64,000 nucleotides of DNA from a virus: IMG/VR virus record IMGVR_UViG_3300028844_007948, positions 99,425 through 163,424 of that record; one strand, 5' to 3'. Under the pieces are notes generated by a model. The model was not told where the DNA came from. It made no database searches and worked only from the letters and a program-made list of their open reading frames with translations. A program made the translations under genes and the position numbers. Positions 10,323-19,323 of the stretch are shown piece by piece (the stretch's first letter is position 1; each line of letters begins with the position of its first letter).

Positions 10323-11517
10323 TGTAACAATATTAATTGCATTTTTTAGTACATGTAAGTACAGAAAAAATTCTTTTCGTTTCGTAAGAGATTATATAAT
10401 TAATTGCCGCATACCTTTGGTTGTTTGCGAGCAGACCAATAAAGATAAAAAAAGCTTTCAAGAAGGTTCTTATAAGCATTTTTACTTAAATATTGATGGT
10501 CCATTCAATAAATCAAAACTTTATAATTTTGGAGTTAAAAACATCTTAACTAAACACATTTGGTTCTTAGATTCGGATGTCATTCTTGATTTTAGTAAAG
10601 TAATACCCAAGTTAAATGATCAAGAATTTGTTAGACCTTTTGGTCCAGTTTATATGCTATCAGAGAAGCAGTCTATTTCCTTTAAAAAAGGTTTCCCAAT
10701 TAACCTCAAAGAAGTAAACGCCGACTCTCATTTCTCAAAGCATTCTTTCATAATTAGATCTGATATCTTCCATCGATCAAAAGGTTTTGATGAAAAATTT
10801 TCTGGCTGGGGCTGGGAAGATATAGACTTCTCTTACAATAAAATGGATTTTTGTAAAAAAGAAGTTTTTGATAATGTTTTTGGCTTTCATTTTTTTCATC
10901 CTCCAGCTTCTAAATTTAACGAGAGGAATAATTTTTTAAATTATTTACAAAACTCTGGTAATCGGCCTAAACTTAGTATTTGTTCTTTTCTAGATTCGAA
11001 TTTTGATTTTGATAATTTTAAAAAAATGCTGTCTTCTAGTGGCGAAATTCATAAGTCGATAGATTTTTCTATTTTCACAAATTTGGAAAAAGAAAGGGTT
11101 CCGATCAAAGAACTTTCCTCTATCCAATCTAAATTTCCATCGGTTAGTCTTTTTTGGAATGCGTCTAAATTAGAGAGCCTAAAAGATAAAATGAATTCTA
11201 CTGTTTATATTTCTACAGGTTTATTAGTTTCATATTTTGATAATAGCTTTGTTCCAGATTATAATTTTTTTCAAAAAGCTCTTTCTTCTACTAGCTCTTT
11301 GTTTAATGCAGGCGGATCTCTTTTCATAAGCAGAGATCTTTTTGATTCCGTAAATGGTTATGTTGACTTTAAAACCGTTTCTGAATGCAATAAGGACCTT
11401 GAGAGCAGGTCATCCGAAATTCTCGAAAACAAATCTTATAATTTTTATTCTAGTTTTGGGGAAAGAGATGGTTTAGAAGTTTATAATTTTAAAACTAAAA
11501 GTTTTTCCCCTCTTTAA
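10312..11517 (+). CDS. Glycosyltransferase (GT2/GT7C-like)
   Basis: FNKSKLYN, FLDSDV (DxD), GFDEKFSGWGWEDIDF; ATG at 10312 overlaps the nrdB end. Confidence 0.75.
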   Translation: MTSDVTILIAFFSTCKYRKNSFRFVRDYIINCRIPLVVCEQTNKDKKSFQEGSYKHFYLNIDGPFNKSKLYNFGVKNILTKHIWFLDSDVILDFSKVIPKLNDQEFVRPFGPVYMLSEKQSISFKKGFPINLKEVNADSHFSKHSFIIRSDIFHRSKGFDEKFSGWGWEDIDFSYNKMDFCKKEVFDNVFGFHFFHPPASKFNERNNFLNYLQNSGNRPKLSICSFLDSNFDFDNFKKMLSSSGEIHKSIDFSIFTNLEKERVPIKELSSIQSKFPSVSLFWNASKLESLKDKMNSTVYISTGLLVSYFDNSFVPDYNFFQKALSSTSSLFNAGGSLFISRDLFDSVNGYVDFKTVSECNKDLESRSSEILENKSYNFYSSFGERDGLEVYNFKTKSFSPL

Positions 11518-11556
11518 TCTTGTTTTTATCTTTTTTTGGCTTAGGTTATTTTTGAA

Positions 11557-11904
11557 TTGAAGCTAAAACAAACAGAAAAGAAAAATATAATAGAATTCTT
11601 ACTCAATGTCCCGAAAGTCAATAAAAGAGGATTTTGGGCTAGAGAAATAAAACTTTTGAATGATCTTTTTTCTGAATATCCCAGTTTAGATTTTTGGAAA
11701 AAATTAAATTTCCCTGATAAGTACGACTCTTTAAGTTTTTTTAAATCACAATTTGGAATTAAAAAGTTAAAGAAGAAATTTTTAGAGTATAATTATGTTC
11801 CAAAGCAAAATTTAGAAATTAAAATTTATGATAATAAATTTGGAGAGCCTTACAAAAAAAATAAAAAACAAAAAACTATAAAATCCTTTCTTACAAATGA
11901 GTGA
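11557..11904 (+). CDS. Hypothetical protein
   Basis: ORF overlapping the recA start. Confidence 0.6.
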   Translation: MKLKQTEKKNIIEFLLNVPKVNKRGFWAREIKLLNDLFSEYPSLDFWKKLNFPDKYDSLSFFKSQFGIKKLKKKFLEYNYVPKQNLEIKIYDNKFGEPYKKNKKQKTIKSFLTNE

Positions 11905-12979
11905 TACATTAAAAATAATCGATGATTTTCTTACCGATAAAGAAAATAAAAAATACCATTATAATAATTACGAAGATGATAATTATAAAATTTCATCTGG
12001 TAGTATAAATCTAGATCTTGCTTTGGGCGGTGGACTTCCTTCTGGAGCTCATAGGTTTACAGGAGTTAACGAAGGTGGTAAAACTAGTTGTGCTTTAACG
12101 GTTGCAAAAAACTTCCAAAATTATTTTGGTAAAAAGGGTATGGTTGTTTATATTAGAAGTGAAGGTAGACTTAGCCCAGAGTTATTAAATAGATGCGGCA
12201 TAGATCGAGATCCAGAAAAGTTTTTCAAATTTGACTGTAATATTTTTGAAAAAGTTTTTCAACTCATAAGAACTCTTGTCGATGAAAACCCAGATGATAA
12301 AAAATATTTATTCATAATCGATAGTGTTGATGCTCTTTGTAGAATAGGTGATTATGATAAGCCTTTTGATGAGAGCGAGCAGGTTGCTGGAGGAGCTTTA
12401 GTAACATCTGTTTTTTTAAAGAAGATGGTTTTGCCTATAACTAAAATGGGTCACATGATGATATTGACATCTCAAGTTAGGGTTGAGGTTGCGACTAACC
12501 CTTATGCTAGTAGAGGTGGGCCCAAAGTTAAACAAGCGGGAGGAAATGCTGTTAAGCATTATGCTAATTTTATTTTAGAATTTCAAGAGAGATACACTAA
12601 TGATATTATATATCCAAATGCCTCTGCTTCAAAGATAGAGGATAAAGGAGATCCAATAGGTCATATTTGCAAAATAATTTTCAGAAAAAGTGTTAACGAA
12701 AAGACTGGGGGGGTAGTGAGATATCCTATAAGGTACGGTCAAAAAGACGGAAATAGTATATGGGTAGAGAGAGAAATTTTAGATATGATGAAATTATGGG
12801 GTTACATTGAACAAAAAGGAGCTTGGATTTCTTTTGATCAAGAGATTATTGATCTAGCTAAAGAGCAGGGGATTGAATGTCCAGAAAAAATACAAGGCGA
12901 AAATAAATTAGTTGATTTTATAGATCAGAACAAAGGGTTTACTAAATTTATGCTCTCTCAAATTCATTCAAATTTTTAA
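11897..12979 (+). CDS. recA: RecA/UvsX-like recombinase
   Basis: SSGSINLDLALGGGLP, Walker A GVNEGGKT, IIDSV, SQVR, GGNAVKHYA, QKGAW. Confidence 0.9.
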   Translation: MSDTLKIIDDFLTDKENKKYHYNNYEDDNYKISSGSINLDLALGGGLPSGAHRFTGVNEGGKTSCALTVAKNFQNYFGKKGMVVYIRSEGRLSPELLNRCGIDRDPEKFFKFDCNIFEKVFQLIRTLVDENPDDKKYLFIIDSVDALCRIGDYDKPFDESEQVAGGALVTSVFLKKMVLPITKMGHMMILTSQVRVEVATNPYASRGGPKVKQAGGNAVKHYANFILEFQERYTNDIIYPNASASKIEDKGDPIGHICKIIFRKSVNEKTGGVVRYPIRYGQKDGNSIWVEREILDMMKLWGYIEQKGAWISFDQEIIDLAKEQGIECPEKIQGENKLVDFIDQNKGFTKFMLSQIHSNF

Positions 12980-13389
12980 TGAAATTTAAAACAATCCAAG
13001 GCTCTCTTAAAAGAGTTCCAAAAGTTAGAAATTATTTGATAGATTGGGAAGGTAAAAGCAAAAGTAAAATACAGTTTAATACAAAAAAGTTCTTAAAAGA
13101 CTATTGGGAAAATCATGTTGTATTCGAGGAGTTTCCTGTAGCTGGAACGAGACTTTCTTTAGACTTTTATAATGCTACAAAAAAAATAGCCATTGAAGTT
13201 CAAGGAGCTCAGCATAGAAAATACGTTCCCTTTTTTCATGGAGGTCATAAATCAAATTATTTAGACCAATTAAGAAGAGATAAGCAAAAAATGGAATTTT
13301 GCTCTACAAATGAAATAAAGTTGATGGAAGTTTATGATGGAGATGTTATAGATAGATCTCTTTTTGAAAAGTTTGGAATAAATTTATAG
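12979..13389 (+). CDS. DUF559/Vsr-like endonuclease
   Basis: EEFPV...LDFY...IAIEVQGAQH...RDKQK. Confidence 0.75.
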   Translation: MKFKTIQGSLKRVPKVRNYLIDWEGKSKSKIQFNTKKFLKDYWENHVVFEEFPVAGTRLSLDFYNATKKIAIEVQGAQHRKYVPFFHGGHKSNYLDQLRRDKQKMEFCSTNEIKLMEVYDGDVIDRSLFEKFGINL

Positions 13390-13419
13390 TGTATATATAA
13401 TATGTAAGACACTATAAAT

Positions 13420-13668
13420 ATGGATGATTTTGACCCAAATATAACTCACAACTTCAGCATCCCTAAAGAGTTTTTAAATCAGCTTTATGATTTTACTGGA
13501 GGTAAAGACGGTAATTCTGGCTTTGTATTAAGCTATGTCAACGACCAAGGCAAAGCCTTAGTTTTTTCCAAAGCTAGTTCTGAAATAGTAGAGATGGGAC
13601 TGAGAAAGGCTCTTGAAAAATATCTAATGCAGATGGAAGAGGGCGAGATATCAATAGATTTATCTTAA
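13420..13668 (+). CDS. Hypothetical protein
   Basis: 82-aa ORF filling the gap; GTGTA motif upstream. Confidence 0.6.
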   Translation: MDDFDPNITHNFSIPKEFLNQLYDFTGGKDGNSGFVLSYVNDQGKALVFSKASSEIVEMGLRKALEKYLMQMEEGEISIDLS

Positions 13669-13675
13669 TTTAATA

Positions 13676-13704
13676 TTGTTTTTTTTGTAAGTTTTAGTTA
13701 GCAT
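13676..13704 (+). promoter_or_regulatory. sigma70-like promoter for dnaB (probably leaderless)
   Basis: TTGTTT-N17-TAGCAT with the ATG 5 nt downstream and no Shine-Dalgarno. Confidence 0.45.
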
Positions 13705-13709
13705 ATTGA

Positions 13710-15230
13710 ATGCGTCTATATAATTATGAATTAGAACAGCACTTGTTGGGGGGGTTAATACAGAAGCCAGAAGAGTATTATAAAATATCATCTTTTATAT
13801 CTGAGAAGGATTTTTATTCGGATTCTACATCCATCCACAAAGCTATATTTATTGTTTTAAGGTCATCTATAGAAAAGAATGAATCTATAGATGAATACCT
13901 TTTATCTGAAAAGATAAAGTCATTAGGCTTATCTTTTGAAGAGGGGATTGAGCCCTTAGAGTATTTGCAAAGCTTAACTCTTAGAAAGGTTTCGGCTAAA
14001 TCTATAATGGACTCTGCGAAAGAGATTAAGACACTAACTCTTAAAAGGGACATTTCAGAAATTGGGGTTAATCTTCAATCCAGCATGACTAAATCTAGTC
14101 TTTCTTCCTACCAGGATATAATTGATAAGGCTGATTCTATATACAATAGTAAAATAAATTTTTATGAATCTGGTTCAGACATACCAGAAAATATTTATGA
14201 AAATATGGAGGACATGATTGAAGATAGGGGCGAAAACCCTGTAGATGATCATGGCTTAGAGGGGCCCCATCAAAGACTTCATGAAATATATGGATCTCTT
14301 CTTAGGCCTGGTAACATAAGTGTTATTGTTGCTAGATCTGGAATAGGCAAAACACAATTTTGCATGGACTTCTGCACAAAAGTTTCTTCTTTGAATAATA
14401 ATGTTCCTATTTTACACTTTGATAATGGAGAAATGAGCATTGAAGAGCTGACGATGCGTCAGTGTGCGGCTCTATCTGGAGTTCCCTTGAATTTACTTGA
14501 AAGCGGTCGCTGGAGGAATGCAGGTGATGAAGTTGTCAATAAAGTTAGAAAAGTTTGGAAAAACTTAAAAGGAATGAAATTCTTTTATTATAATTGTGGC
14601 GGCATGTCTATAGATGAAATGGTAAATACTGTTAAAAGATTTTATTATTCAAATGTAGGAAGAGGGAATGAGATGATTTTTAGTTTTGATTATATAAAAA
14701 CTACATTTCAACCTTCTGGAAACAAAACAGAGTGGCAGGTTGTTGGTGAAATGGTGGATAGATTTAAGCGGCTTATAGCTAAAGATTTAGTTTTTGATAA
14801 AAAGCCAGTTGTATCTATGCTAACAAGTGTACAAATGAATAGAGTTGGAACCAGTCGAAATAGAAGTTCTGAAAATATTATTGAAGATGAAACTGTAGTT
14901 TCTTTGTCGGATAGAATCACTCAGTTTTGTTCTCATATGTTTTTGTTGAGAAATAAAGAGCCTTCAGAAATTACAGAGGATTCGAACTTTGGAACGCATA
15001 AACTTACTAATATTAAAGCTCGGCACTTAGGTCAAGATCCAATGGGTGAAATCGAGCCAGTCAGAATGCCAGATGGATCTTTAAAAAGAAATTATTTGAA
15101 CTTAGATTTTAATAATTTTAATATAACAGAAAGGGGAGACTTAAGAGATTTAGTGGAGCACCTCAGGGTCGAAGGAATGTCCCCCTCAGAAGATGGTGAT
15201 AGTTCTTTACCAGATCTTTTCAATGAGTAA
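13710..15230 (+). CDS. dnaB: Replicative DNA helicase
   Basis: N-terminal EQHLLGGLI/DFY..H..IF domain, Walker A ARSGIGKT, GEMS, FDYIK, VQMNR, KARH. Confidence 0.88.
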   Translation: MRLYNYELEQHLLGGLIQKPEEYYKISSFISEKDFYSDSTSIHKAIFIVLRSSIEKNESIDEYLLSEKIKSLGLSFEEGIEPLEYLQSLTLRKVSAKSIMDSAKEIKTLTLKRDISEIGVNLQSSMTKSSLSSYQDIIDKADSIYNSKINFYESGSDIPENIYENMEDMIEDRGENPVDDHGLEGPHQRLHEIYGSLLRPGNISVIVARSGIGKTQFCMDFCTKVSSLNNNVPILHFDNGEMSIEELTMRQCAALSGVPLNLLESGRWRNAGDEVVNKVRKVWKNLKGMKFFYYNCGGMSIDEMVNTVKRFYYSNVGRGNEMIFSFDYIKTTFQPSGNKTEWQVVGEMVDRFKRLIAKDLVFDKKPVVSMLTSVQMNRVGTSRNRSSENIIEDETVVSLSDRITQFCSHMFLLRNKEPSEITEDSNFGTHKLTNIKARHLGQDPMGEIEPVRMPDGSLKRNYLNLDFNNFNITERGDLRDLVEHLRVEGMSPSEDGDSSLPDLFNE

Positions 15231-16266
15231 TATTGATTATAAAAACACCTTAGAGTCTCTGGGGTATAAACTACTAGATAGGGGAGATTACTGGCAGACA
15301 AATGCTATATTCCGTGGAGGAGACAATAAAACCGCAATACAAATATATAAAGATTCTGGAGTATGGAAAGATTATGTAAATCAAACTCCATTTTTATCAT
15401 TTAAAAAATTAGTTCAAGCGACTATTGGATCTAATGATGATGAATTGGTGGATTCTTTATTGAAAAAAGATATTATCTTTAATAATCCTCATAGAAACAG
15501 CAACCAACCAAGAATTTCAATGGAAAAAACTTATAAAAAAGACTGCTTAGATAGACTGCTTCCCCATTATTCTTTTTACGAAGATAGGGGTATATCCGCT
15601 GATGCTCTTAAAAAATTTAAAGGAGGGCTCTGCACAGAAGGAAAAATGTACCAAAGGTTTGTATTTCCAATATTTAATTTAAATGGAAAAATACATGGCT
15701 TCTCTGGTAGAGATATGGCTTCGCTTGAAAACAGACCCAAATGGAAACATATTGGATTGAAAAGTAAATGGATTTTCCCCCATCATATATCTTCAAAATA
15801 TATAGAAGATTCTTCTGAGGTTATTTTAGTAGAAAGTATTGGTGACGTCTTAAGCTTGTATGAAAGAGGTTTTAAAAATATTCTATGTACTTTTGGTACC
15901 TTAATTTCCCCCACATTAATATCTTATATTGTTGGTATTAATCCTTCAAAAATAATATTAAGCCTTAATAATGATTTAAATTCTGAATTAAACGCTGGCC
16001 TAACTGGGTGTATAAAAAGTTTTTTTAAGTTAATTTCTTATGTAGATTATGAAAAAGTAATTATTTGCCTTCCTAATCAAAATGACTTTGGAGAAATGTC
16101 CGAAAAAGATTATAATAAATGGGAATCAAAAAAAGAAAAGTTAATCAAATCATTTAATTATCAAAATATCATCAATACTGCTGAAAATATTTGCTCCAAA
16201 TCAAAACAGCCTGATGTTTTTATAAAAAAAATTAAAAAATTTAAAAAAGAATTAAACAATGAGTGA
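15223..16266 (+). CDS. dnaG: DnaG-type primase (TOPRIM), without a Cys zinc finger
   Basis: RFVFPIFN.NGKIHGFSGR, PKWKH, ILVESIGDVLSL, FGT, NDFGEM; follows dnaB. Confidence 0.82.
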   Translation: MSNIDYKNTLESLGYKLLDRGDYWQTNAIFRGGDNKTAIQIYKDSGVWKDYVNQTPFLSFKKLVQATIGSNDDELVDSLLKKDIIFNNPHRNSNQPRISMEKTYKKDCLDRLLPHYSFYEDRGISADALKKFKGGLCTEGKMYQRFVFPIFNLNGKIHGFSGRDMASLENRPKWKHIGLKSKWIFPHHISSKYIEDSSEVILVESIGDVLSLYERGFKNILCTFGTLISPTLISYIVGINPSKIILSLNNDLNSELNAGLTGCIKSFFKLISYVDYEKVIICLPNQNDFGEMSEKDYNKWESKKEKLIKSFNYQNIINTAENICSKSKQPDVFIKKIKKFKKELNNE

Positions 16267-17323
16267 TGTCATATTATCTGCAAGTAAAATAAAGACAGCA
16301 CAAAGTTGTTCCTGGAAATATTGGACATCTTATGTTCTTAAATTGCCTCAATCTACAAACGATGGTGCTAGCAGGGGTTGGATATGCCATTTGGTTTGCG
16401 AGCTTCTTGGCTTTAAAAAGCATAAAAAGCATTACAATCTAATTATTAAATCTGGTTCGATTCATGCCTCTAAGGCTGTGTCTAAATTAGTCTCACATCA
16501 TGCTCGAAAGCTAGAAGTATCTGATGATGATAATATGGAATTGATTGATATGATGACCGTAAAAGCTCTCTTACATGATTTTTTTGGAAAAGAAAAGGGT
16601 AGAACTACAGATTCTATATCCGAACATGAATTTAATATTTCTGTGGATGAAGGTGGAAAGAATTATAAAATTAGAGGTTTTATAGATAAGCTTTTTTTAT
16701 ACGATAGAGGTAAAGATGCTTTAATTAGAGATTTTAAAACAAGTAAACAAGTTTTTAAAGGCAAAGAAATCACAGACAATCTCCAAAATTTGATGTATTG
16801 CCTAGCCGTCAAAAAAACATTTCCCAAAGTTAAAAATGTAGAGGTTGAATTTCTATTTTTAAAATTTGATTTAAGTTCTGATTTGCTTGGTCAAAAAGGA
16901 AGTGGAGTGCTGTCTATGGAGGTTATAAGCAAAGAAGAATTAGAGGGTTTTGAGTATCAACTTACATCCATACAAGAATATCTAGAAAATTTTGATGAAG
17001 AATGTGCAAAAAGTGATTTTGCTGCAAACAGAAACTATCCTTCTGATGGTACTTTTGGCGGACCATTAATGTGTGGCAAAGAGGGGTATAAAAAATCAAG
17101 AGGTGAATTAGTTTTAGACTCTCAAGGAAACAAGATAAAGAACTTTATATGTGAACATAGACTTCCCTTTGATTACTATGAACATAGAGATTGTGATGGT
17201 AAAATTATAAAATGCTATAAAGACAAACCCTCTTTTGTTTTAAATGATGGGGAAGAATTAACTCTTAAACATTACTCTGGTTGCCCTCATTTTGACAAAG
17301 GCAATTCTTCTTTTTTGGTGTAA
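16259..17323 (+). CDS. PD-(D/E)XK exonuclease (AddB/Cas4-like)
   Basis: LSASKIKTAQSCSWKY, RGFIDKL, IRDFKTSK, QNLMY, C-terminal cysteines. Confidence 0.8.
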   Translation: MSDVILSASKIKTAQSCSWKYWTSYVLKLPQSTNDGASRGWICHLVCELLGFKKHKKHYNLIIKSGSIHASKAVSKLVSHHARKLEVSDDDNMELIDMMTVKALLHDFFGKEKGRTTDSISEHEFNISVDEGGKNYKIRGFIDKLFLYDRGKDALIRDFKTSKQVFKGKEITDNLQNLMYCLAVKKTFPKVKNVEVEFLFLKFDLSSDLLGQKGSGVLSMEVISKEELEGFEYQLTSIQEYLENFDEECAKSDFAANRNYPSDGTFGGPLMCGKEGYKKSRGELVLDSQGNKIKNFICEHRLPFDYYEHRDCDGKIIKCYKDKPSFVLNDGEELTLKHYSGCPHFDKGNSSFLV

Positions 17324-17331
17324 ATTAAATT

Positions 17332-17466
17332 ATGGCGATCCTGAAAAATAAAAAAACAAACGAACTGGTATTTGTAAAAGGTCAATTATTGTTGAAAAAA
17401 AAGAATAGAAAAATAGATTTTTACGCAAAAGAAAAGGGAGCTAACCCACGCGAAACAGGAGGTTGA
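17332..17466 (+). CDS. Small basic protein (44 aa, not in ORF track)
   Basis: MAILKNKKTNELVFVKGQ...RETGG*; GTGTA motif 14 nt before the ATG; ends 1 nt before the next ATG. Confidence 0.6.
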   Translation: MAILKNKKTNELVFVKGQLLLKKKNRKIDFYAKEKGANPRETGG

Positions 17467-17467
17467 T

Positions 17468-19306
17468 ATGGGTAGACCTATTTGGCCAAAACAGTTCTCT
17501 CCGAGTAAAGCCAAGGTCTTTGGTGAAAGGCCTGGTCGTGCCATATGGCAAGGTAGAGCTCAAGTAATAGAGTCATCTTCTCCTTTCAGTAACTCTTACA
17601 CATCAAGAGTTTTTGTAAATAAATACGGTCAAAAAAGATATGAGAATTCAGATAGGTTAAGCTTTCCAGTAGATTCAAATATAATGACACCGACATTGGT
17701 TCGTTATCCAGCTAAAGACTTTAATGATTTTGGATTTTTCAATGGCTTCCCTTTTCTACTAAACGAAACCTGCGAGCACTTAAATTTTGGCAATAATTTT
17801 GTTATAGATGATAAAGGAGCCGTAACAGATTTAGGAAAGGGCTTTTCTGATAGATCCTTGACTGGCATACCAGTTGACGACTATTCTGCTGTAAGTGTAC
17901 TTGGAGGGGGTTATGATTTAAATAAGAATAAAGGATATTTTTCTCCTAATCTTAAAGGTGTGCATAGAAGGGCTGCAGCTGTAAATCATTATTGGAATTT
18001 AGCAGCTATAGAGACTGATTTCATCATACAAACTAGAAGAATTCCAGATGGCTATGTAACTGGTTACTCTAAAAACGTAGACTATGACAGTGATGAAGGG
18101 ATTCAATATGTTACAGAAGATTATGAAGTGGTAGAGTCTTATACTGATAAAGCCTATTTACCACAATTAAGACAATATATAGATCCAAGCGGCTCTTTTG
18201 ACCAAACAGATGGAGTCAATAATTGTACGATAGATCCTGAAACTAGATTATTTCAAGGTAGTGGAGAAAATTATTCTTCAATGTTTTTTCTTGGTCAAGA
18301 CACTGGGCATTATGCAGACTTTTTTATACCCTTTAGTATTCAGCCAAATAATACTGGAGCTTATACAATATGTTTTGACGAAGATGTCGCCACCCATCTC
18401 GAATCTCAACCCGAATGGGGTCCAGCAAAAGCATTTAATTGTAATGTTTCTCTAGATTTTAATACTAAAGATCGTGACCACGAAGGTTTTGCAGGATCGA
18501 ATGTAGAGTATCATTGTTTTCCTCATAGAGCTTATATCGTTCCAGCGAAAGATTGGGAATTCACCGTTCTTGGTTCAAAAGTCAAAGGGGTCTACTACAC
18601 ATATGCCCAATCTGAGCTTCTCAGATATCCTGGAGATCAATCTATAACACTAAATTATAGGCCTTGGTATCAAGACATTCATTTCACTTACTCAAACTAT
18701 GCTCCTGATAGGCTAGGGGGTGGACCTATTGAATATAACTTATTGCCCACCACTCATATTCCTTTTGATTCTGCTGCTGGAGGTCCAGAAGATAAAACCT
18801 ATTGCTATAAGTTTTCCTGTAATTCAAGGTTCAGCTTTTTAACTCCTACCATTAGTCAAGATGCAGGATTATCTGAGTTTAGGCAAACCTATAATGGAGC
18901 TGGAAAATATTCAATTTTTGGAACGGATCTTGAGTTTTATTGTGGTGGTCCGAGGCCAGAATTAGTTCTTGAAGACAGTTTAATATCAAGATTTTACGAT
19001 AGTAAATATGATAATTTAGTTTATAGACAAGAGAATAAATCTGTTTATCATTCATCAGAAATAGCAAAACTTTATTATAATTTAAGGAACACAGAAACAG
19101 CTGATAATAAAAATTTAAGAAAGTTAAAAAACCAATCAAACACACTCATCACAAAAGAAGTTGTTAGCAGAACTATAAAAAGAAAAACTAGAGATTATAC
19201 ATTTTTTAGTGATTCTTTAGCTAATAGTGCTACAACAAAACGCATTCCATTACAAGCTAGTTTTCTTGATTTCCCTGATGCAGATAGTGTTGTTTATGCG
19301 GATTAA
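17468..19306 (+). CDS. Hypothetical protein, possibly structural
   Basis: 612-aa ORF rich in aromatic residues and Gly; no recognisable motif. Confidence 0.6.
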   Translation: MGRPIWPKQFSPSKAKVFGERPGRAIWQGRAQVIESSSPFSNSYTSRVFVNKYGQKRYENSDRLSFPVDSNIMTPTLVRYPAKDFNDFGFFNGFPFLLNETCEHLNFGNNFVIDDKGAVTDLGKGFSDRSLTGIPVDDYSAVSVLGGGYDLNKNKGYFSPNLKGVHRRAAAVNHYWNLAAIETDFIIQTRRIPDGYVTGYSKNVDYDSDEGIQYVTEDYEVVESYTDKAYLPQLRQYIDPSGSFDQTDGVNNCTIDPETRLFQGSGENYSSMFFLGQDTGHYADFFIPFSIQPNNTGAYTICFDEDVATHLESQPEWGPAKAFNCNVSLDFNTKDRDHEGFAGSNVEYHCFPHRAYIVPAKDWEFTVLGSKVKGVYYTYAQSELLRYPGDQSITLNYRPWYQDIHFTYSNYAPDRLGGGPIEYNLLPTTHIPFDSAAGGPEDKTYCYKFSCNSRFSFLTPTISQDAGLSEFRQTYNGAGKYSIFGTDLEFYCGGPRPELVLEDSLISRFYDSKYDNLVYRQENKSVYHSSEIAKLYYNLRNTETADNKNLRKLKNQSNTLITKEVVSRTIKRKTRDYTFFSDSLANSATTKRIPLQASFLDFPDADSVVYAD

Positions 19307-19323
19307 AAGAAAGGCTTAAAAAA

